Below are positions 58,738-64,000 of a stretch of DNA of 64,000 nt, piece by piece. Every line of letters begins with the position of its first letter. The stretch's first letter is position 1. Position numbers and translations under genes: made by a program. Below the pieces are notes generated by a model, which worked only from the letters and a program-made list of their open reading frames with translations, did no database searches and was not told where the DNA came from. The stretch spans positions 1 through 64,000 of the IMG/VR virus record IMGVR_UViG_3300015024_000001; one strand, written 5' to 3'. The DNA comes from a virus.

Positions 58738-59616
58738 TTAATAAAAAACAAATCGGTTGAGACGACGTTTAATGTCCTCATCAACATAAGGTAAATTAAC
58801 AGTATAAATACCTGTATCACAACCAAAACAAGGTGCAATATCTACAGAAGGTTTAGTCATAAAATCGATACCATGACAATATACGCCAAGTAGATTTGTA
58901 AAACGAACTCCAATACGCGCACCAACTGGTACATCTAAACTAGAATTAGCTGTAAGAGTGATAACACCTGTTACAGATACAAAAGCAATAACACCAATAA
59001 CAGTGTTACTAATAGTTAGAGTAGATCCAGAAGCAGTTGAAACACCAGCAACAGAAGCTGCAGTATCATCAACATTACGAGCAGCAGAAGTCAATGTACG
59101 TGCTGTAGAACCATCTTTACCGTATAGATAAACAGTAGCGTTCATTGCGACAGCCTTAACTAAGCCACTAATATTAGGATTATCATTAATAGCATTAGCA
59201 ACAGTAGTAGCAATATCTGTATTAATAGCTGAACCAGTTACAACAAGAACAGAATAACCATCAACAGTTACTTTAACGGTTTCTGTTGTTAAATACGTAC
59301 CACTAAGAACAATACTTCCATAAGGTTCTACGATATATAAAGAATCACCTGTTTTAAAAGTGTTATATGGTAATGCTACAGTACCAATCGTTGCAGCTAC
59401 AGAAAATGCACTAGTTACTAAAGAACGAGCTAAGAAACGTACAGCATTACCTGTTTGTACAACAAATGAGCCAGCAGGTACAATTTTATAACCATAAGCA
59501 TTAGAAGCAATATCAGTACCAGAGACAACGACTGAACGAGGATATTGCGCTCCGTCTTGATTAAATAGAATAGGGAGATCCTGTACATAAGGACTCTCAC
59601 GCTTGATATAAGACAT
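58738..59616 (-). CDS. head decoration protein
   Basis: directly upstream of capsid gene; GYKIVPAGSFV...IY..NLP with inserted beta domain; GAGG RBS. Confidence 0.7.
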   Translation of the reverse strand: MSYIKRESPYVQDLPILFNQDGAQYPRSVVVSGTDIASNAYGYKIVPAGSFVVQTGNAVRFLARSLVTSAFSVAATIGTVALPYNTFKTGDSLYIVEPYGSIVLSGTYLTTETVKVTVDGYSVLVVTGSAINTDIATTVANAINDNPNISGLVKAVAMNATVYLYGKDGSTARTLTSAARNVDDTAASVAGVSTASGSTLTISNTVIGVIAFVSVTGVITLTANSSLDVPVGARIGVRFTNLLGVYCHGIDFMTKPSVDIAPCFGCDTGIYTVNLPYVDEDIKRRLNRFVFY

Positions 59617-59626
59617 TTTTTACCTC

Positions 59627-60421
59627 TTATTTATTAAATAAACCAATCGCTTGCAAAGAACGTTTAGCAGTCTCATCCATATGAGAAGAACGCTCTACAG
59701 CAGCAAAATCAACATCTACATTTACATATTGATTAAAGTCCACCAACTTGCCACAACGCTTAAACAATTCAAGAGCAAATTCTATCGCGTGTAGTTGTGT
59801 ATCTATACTGACTCCATTTTTTGAAGCTAACATAGAAAAAGAAGCAACCATATCTTCTTCACGATTAAAGTTAGCCACCAAAGCTTCTTTAGCAATAGGA
59901 GCTAACCAGCCTTGTTCAACTCCGAACTCAGCCCTAGCATTGATATTAGCTAGACGATCTTTAACAGCACTAAATGTTTCAACAGTTGCTAAACGAGCCT
60001 CAAGTTCAGCAACACGTGTGTCACCTGCGGAAAAAGAAGCTGTATTACGTGTATAAGCAGAATAAGCACCAACAGCTTCATATTCTTCTACGTCTTCATA
60101 CTCTTCTTCATACTCATCTTCTAATTCTGCTGTTAAATCAATTAGATTAGCAGAATCCATAGCAATAGCTAACAAACCATTATAAACATCTCGGTTATTA
60201 GTTTGATCAAATACCGATGCCATGATTTCAAAATCTTCTTGTTCAATATCAATTTCAGAAGCTTCGATTAGACCGACGATTTGCTCATCATCTACTTCAA
60301 AACCTTGCTCTTGGAAAGCTGTTGCGATAGTATACAAACCATCATCAACAGTTTCATATTCATCATTGATTAGATCCAATAAGGACTGACCAAATAAATT
60401 TCCTGCTTGAATATTATACAT
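59627..60421 (-). CDS. capsid scaffolding protein (acidic)
   Basis: very acidic, coiled-coil, between protease and capsid genes; GAGG RBS. Confidence 0.65.
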   Translation of the reverse strand: MYNIQAGNLFGQSLLDLINDEYETVDDGLYTIATAFQEQGFEVDDEQIVGLIEASEIDIEQEDFEIMASVFDQTNNRDVYNGLLAIAMDSANLIDLTAELEDEYEEEYEDVEEYEAVGAYSAYTRNTASFSAGDTRVAELEARLATVETFSAVKDRLANINARAEFGVEQGWLAPIAKEALVANFNREEDMVASFSMLASKNGVSIDTQLHAIEFALELFKRCGKLVDFNQYVNVDVDFAAVERSSHMDETAKRSLQAIGLFNK

Positions 60422-60430
60422 TTATACCTC

Positions 60431-61099
60431 TTATTCTACGTTCTTATTCTTTTTACTTAAAGCACTACCAATTGCTGCAATACCAGCACCAGCAGCACCA
60501 AGACGTACAGCCTTACCTGTTAAAGTACGACCAGCGACTTTGTTCAATACGCCTCTAGCACCAATACCACCTTCTTTAAAGCCCATTTTACCGAACTTCT
60601 CAGCACCTTCAGCAAGTGTTTTACCAAAACCTTCAGAAGCCTTACCTTTAGCAATTAAAGCACGTTCAGGATTACCACCAACAGCAGAAATGTCATTAGC
60701 TAAAGTCTTAACTGATTTACGGAAACCTAAACCATCTGCCACACCTTCAATTGATTTCTGACCATTAAGCTTACCTAATGATTCAGTCCTAGCTTTCTTA
60801 GCTGCTATAAAATTATTAGGGGCAGTACTTGCTTTAGCTTTAGCAAAATCTTCACCAGCTTTAACTTTTCTAGCAGCTTTAATTGCCTCATCAGATTGAG
60901 GTGTAACAGGAACAATAGCAGTAGGTGGTTTTGCTTGTGATTGTCTAGATAGTGCATCTAAAGTTGCTTGACGATTTTCATTAGCACTAGGCATACTACG
61001 TGGAGTATACGTTGGTGCTACTGGTGCTTCAACTACTTTCTTTTTACGAGCAAAGTTTGCTGATTTATTGTACTTAGCGAATGTACCTAATGTACTCAT
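60431..61099 (-). CDS. Ala/Lys-rich protein with xxF leader and C-terminal Gly-rich segment
   Basis: MSTLGTFAKYNKSANFARKKK...LGAAGAGIAAIGSALSKKNK. Confidence 0.7.
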   Translation of the reverse strand: MSTLGTFAKYNKSANFARKKKVVEAPVAPTYTPRSMPSANENRQATLDALSRQSQAKPPTAIVPVTPQSDEAIKAARKVKAGEDFAKAKASTAPNNFIAAKKARTESLGKLNGQKSIEGVADGLGFRKSVKTLANDISAVGGNPERALIAKGKASEGFGKTLAEGAEKFGKMGFKEGGIGARGVLNKVAGRTLTGKAVRLGAAGAGIAAIGSALSKKNKNVE

Positions 61100-61111
61100 T
61101 TAATTACCTCT

Positions 61112-62050
61112 CTAACAAGAGTATTTTTGTTTACTTTTTACGGTTTTACCTGTTGGTTTAACCTTTTTTGTTTTATTAAGCATTTCTGCAAGTCCAAAGT
61201 TAGCTGCTCTGTATTTACTTGCTCTATAAGTTGGCATTATAGTGCCTGTACCTATTACATTTGCTGTATCAGTAATCTCTGTGGATTCTTTCTCATTATT
61301 AAGATCAAGTAATTTTTTAACTCTTTCAACAAAACCATAAAGAGTAACATCTAAGAGTTGGTTTGGATCTTTTCCTTTCAACTCTGCCTCATCGGCTGTA
61401 TAAATATTACGAATATATGACCAAAGTTGTTCTGTTAAATCTTCATACTCTTCTTCTTTATCTTCTAATTCATCTTCAGTTTCTTGGTCATCATCCCAAG
61501 TCAATGCTGAAAACTTAGCTTTACTATATAAAGTAGCATGTTCCCAAGCAGGAATACCAACAAGTGATATTTCTTTTAAAGAATCAGTTAAAAGATCCAA
61601 ACCCATAGAAACAGAAGAAGCTGTTCCTTCTAATACTTTCTCTATAACTTCAGGAGTTTGTATAACTAAGTTACGTACAAATAATGCTGCTTTACCTAAC
61701 AGTTTAATAGCTTTAGGATTGATTTTATCTATATCTTCTTGCGTTACTGTTTTAACATATAGTTCTGCATTATTAGCATTACCAACAGTTGCTAAAGCTG
61801 TCTTATTATGTTCCAATAACAAAGGTAGTTTAATACCTTCCTCAAGTGCAGCATTTGTATTAGCAGCTATATTTGTTAGTCGTTCAGCAGTAAACGTATG
61901 TACAACACCTTTTGAATCAGGTAGTGTACCTTCTAACATTAAAATAGCATCTTTAGTTACACAACCATTAACGTCCTGTGCAAAGGTAGATAGCAATGAA
62001 GCTTGTTTACCTGTGAAGTGTGTAGTAGTTGTGGTTTTTGTTTTTATCAT
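61112..62050 (-). CDS. prohead maturation protease
   Basis: PLLLEH, VG, SVSMG, LKEISLVGIPA (HK97/Mu-type serine protease pattern). Confidence 0.8.
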   Translation of the reverse strand: MIKTKTTTTTHFTGKQASLLSTFAQDVNGCVTKDAILMLEGTLPDSKGVVHTFTAERLTNIAANTNAALEEGIKLPLLLEHNKTALATVGNANNAELYVKTVTQEDIDKINPKAIKLLGKAALFVRNLVIQTPEVIEKVLEGTASSVSMGLDLLTDSLKEISLVGIPAWEHATLYSKAKFSALTWDDDQETEDELEDKEEEYEDLTEQLWSYIRNIYTADEAELKGKDPNQLLDVTLYGFVERVKKLLDLNNEKESTEITDTANVIGTGTIMPTYRASKYRAANFGLAEMLNKTKKVKPTGKTVKSKQKYSC

Positions 62051-62130
62051 CGTTAAAGATGTTTTTGTTACTATTTATAAGATATACTAATATATATACA
62101 GAGACATCTAAAAACTATAATAAATCGGAA

Positions 62131-62355
62131 ATGCCGTTATCTAAATATTCTGTTAATGCTAAGATAGGTTGGAAACTAAGACAAACTAGAGAAGATTTAG
62201 ATCTCAAGCAGAAAGATGTTGCAGCCAAACTACATAGAGATCCTGATTTTGTTTCTATGTCAGAGCTTGATAAACGACAAATCTCCGTTGATGATATTGT
62301 TGCTTTTTCACATATATATAAAAAACCAATTATTTATTTTTTTAGTGACTTATGA
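62131..62355 (+). CDS. XRE-family helix-turn-helix regulator
   Basis: IGWKLRQTREDLDLKQKDVAAKL...VSMSELDKR; divergent from protease gene. Confidence 0.85.
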   Translation: MPLSKYSVNAKIGWKLRQTREDLDLKQKDVAAKLHRDPDFVSMSELDKRQISVDDIVAFSHIYKKPIIYFFSDL

Positions 62356-64000
62356 TATTTGCAGATGATTTCGTAGAATTTAATGAAGAAGTTAAAACTT
62401 ACCAGAGAATGCAAAAAGGTAAACTTATAACTGTAAGACAATACGATAGGAAAGGTGATCCTGCTGAAAAAGAACAAACTATAGAAAAGAATGACAATGC
62501 AATTATGCAAAGTCTGAAGACAGGAGCTATAGTTACTACTGGTGTTGCTTTAGCAGGTTTATCATTAGTTGGTATTGGAGCAGCAACAAAAGCTTATGTA
62601 ATAAATAGACATGCTAAACAAGTATTAAATGAAGCAGAACGTGTGTTACAAGCAAGTGATGTGTCTGACCTTCGTTTCTTATCAAAAGCTAATCCTGAAA
62701 AACTACCTGATAATTTTGATCGGTATGAAGGTATAATTATTGCGACTGGTGGATTTGGTGGTACTAAAGGACAGCATACACTTGAAGTACATAAGTATAT
62801 ACAACAAGAATACCCTAACCACCTAGTTGTATCTGTTGAAAATATGTATCATGATTTAGGTTGGAGAGAAGATGTTGTAGATAGATTTAAAGCTGCTCCT
62901 GCATTATTATGGCGTAATGCAACACAAGGGAATAAAACATCAGAAGAAATAGCTACTTTAACTAAAATGCTACGTAAAAGAACAGATAAACCTATTACTA
63001 TAGTATCTGCTTCTGGTGGTGGTATGGCAGTAAAAGAAGCTCAAGAGATAACAGATAAGTTAGGTTATAAAGATATACAAGGAATAGGTCTAGGAACACC
63101 AACTTTTACACTTGCAAATCCTAAATCCCCTTTTGTTTCTTTTGTAGACAAGAAAGATGCAACAGTGGGTTGGATTCCTAAAACTTCAAAAAAAGATACA
63201 GTATATATAGATAGACCAACAACTAAAGTAAAGTGGAATCTTAATCCATACCAAGGTGAAATACCTCACAATGAACAACATGAGTTTGGTACTTATCTTT
63301 TGCACGGTGAGACAAGATCTAAAGTAGATCAAATACTGTATAGGAACATAGCTAATAAAGATGTATTTAAACTAGAAAACTACACTATTGACTATAAACA
63401 AAATGTAGCGCGTAATCCATATATAAGTAAACAAGGACAAAACTCTAGTTATAGTAAGCTAGAACAACAAGCTTGGGCGAACTTTAATATACTCTTCCCT
63501 TCTATGGATGCTGATTTTGCTAGTGAACAACAAGTAGAAGTTAAATCTTATATGCGTAATGGAAAACTTGTAAAATCTTATACAGCAGGTAGAGATAAAG
63601 CGGTACAAGATTCTAGTTTAACTAATAGACTACGTAATAATATTGCTGGAAACATAGAAAAGAAAGGTCTAAATGAAGATACGGCAGATAAATTAGCCGA
63701 AGTAGCGTTAATTGTTGGTGGTACAGGTGTTGCTTTAATAGGTAGTAAGATGATACTAAATGGTGGTTTAGCAGCAGCTTTAAATATGGGTCGTCATGCT
63801 TGGAATACTAACTTTCTTAAACGTAATAGAATGATTGAAGAGATGGCTGATGAGCTTGTGAGTGGTAGGAAACTGTTCAGAGGTCAGACATTACGTTCTA
63901 CTATAGGTGATGCTGATACAGTAATAACTATCAAAGGTGGCATCAATATGGGTGGTAAAGGTGGTACTACTATTAAAAATGAATACCTTGATAAAATAAG
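62352..64000 (+). CDS. large repeat-unit protein with alpha/beta-hydrolase domain (runs off window; not in ORF track)
   Basis: Read manually with no stop: MIFADDFVEF..., TM segment, IIIATGGFGG, IVSASGGG, GLGTP, D, QHEFGTY; second unit starts at ADFASEQQ (63513). Confidence 0.8.
   Translation, partial: MIFADDFVEFNEEVKTYQRMQKGKLITVRQYDRKGDPAEKEQTIEKNDNAIMQSLKTGAIVTTGVALAGLSLVGIGAATKAYVINRHAKQVLNEAERVLQASDVSDLRFLSKANPEKLPDNFDRYEGIIIATGGFGGTKGQHTLEVHKYIQQEYPNHLVVSVENMYHDLGWREDVVDRFKAAPALLWRNATQGNKTSEEIATLTKMLRKRTDKPITIVSASGGGMAVKEAQEITDKLGYKDIQGIGLGTPTFTLANPKSPFVSFVDKKDATVGWIPKTSKKDTVYIDRPTTKVKWNLNPYQGEIPHNEQHEFGTYLLHGETRSKVDQILYRNIANKDVFKLENYTIDYKQNVARNPYISKQGQNSSYSKLEQQAWANFNILFPSMDADFASEQQVEVKSYMRNGKLVKSYTAGRDKAVQDSSLTNRLRNNIAGNIEKKGLNEDTADKLAEVALIVGGTGVALIGSKMILNGGLAAALNMGRHAWNTNFLKRNRMIEEMADELVSGRKLFRGQTLRSTIGDADTVITIKGGINMGGKGGTTIKNEYLDKI

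Noticed and set aside
37502-62090. + strand ORFs in the track overlapping virion genes (e.g. 40487-40969, 47051-47446, 52458-52967, 59748-60056, 61719-62090)
   Set aside because: Antisense shadows of well-supported - strand genes with no protein-like motifs
1-64000. CRISPR array, tRNA or rRNA genes
   Set aside because: No regularly spaced repeat-spacer run or cloverleaf seen; intergenic gaps are short. Not machine-scanned.

Overview
AT-rich fragment of a large tailed (Caudoviricetes) phage genome, very probably a cyanophage: it carries cyanobacterial-type TnpB elements, a cyanobacterial-type GT4 glycosyltransferase and a GH19 lysin. Bases 1-23.1 kb (+ strand) hold DNA/nucleotide-metabolism and accessory genes (RNA ligase fragment, PduO-like adenosyltransferase, dUTPase, ThyX, four DNA methyltransferases, HSP20, nucleotidyltransferase, HNH, DNA ligase, dNMP kinase, RuvC). 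Bases 24.4-62 kb (- strand) hold the virion block (protease, scaffold, decoration, major capsid, lysin, head-tail genes, G/GT chaperones with a GGGAAAG frameshift, 2342-aa tape measure, tail genes, portal). Highlights: (1) about a dozen otherwise unrelated, mostly Lys-rich proteins near the capsid genes share a short motif of the form M-x-(Y/F)-L-L-x-(D/E/N)-F, which recurs inside polyproteins, the scaffold and the protease; it looks like a capsid-targeting/maturation-protease signal for a packaged cargo (GNAT-like, ART-like, alpha/beta-hydrolase, Gly-zipper proteins). (2) A TnpB element is inserted exactly at the portal stop codon and leaves the protein unchanged. (3) A 9-mer, ACCRTAGAA, is dispersed at least 22 times in several reading frames. 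All family assignments are from motif recognition by eye, not database searches.
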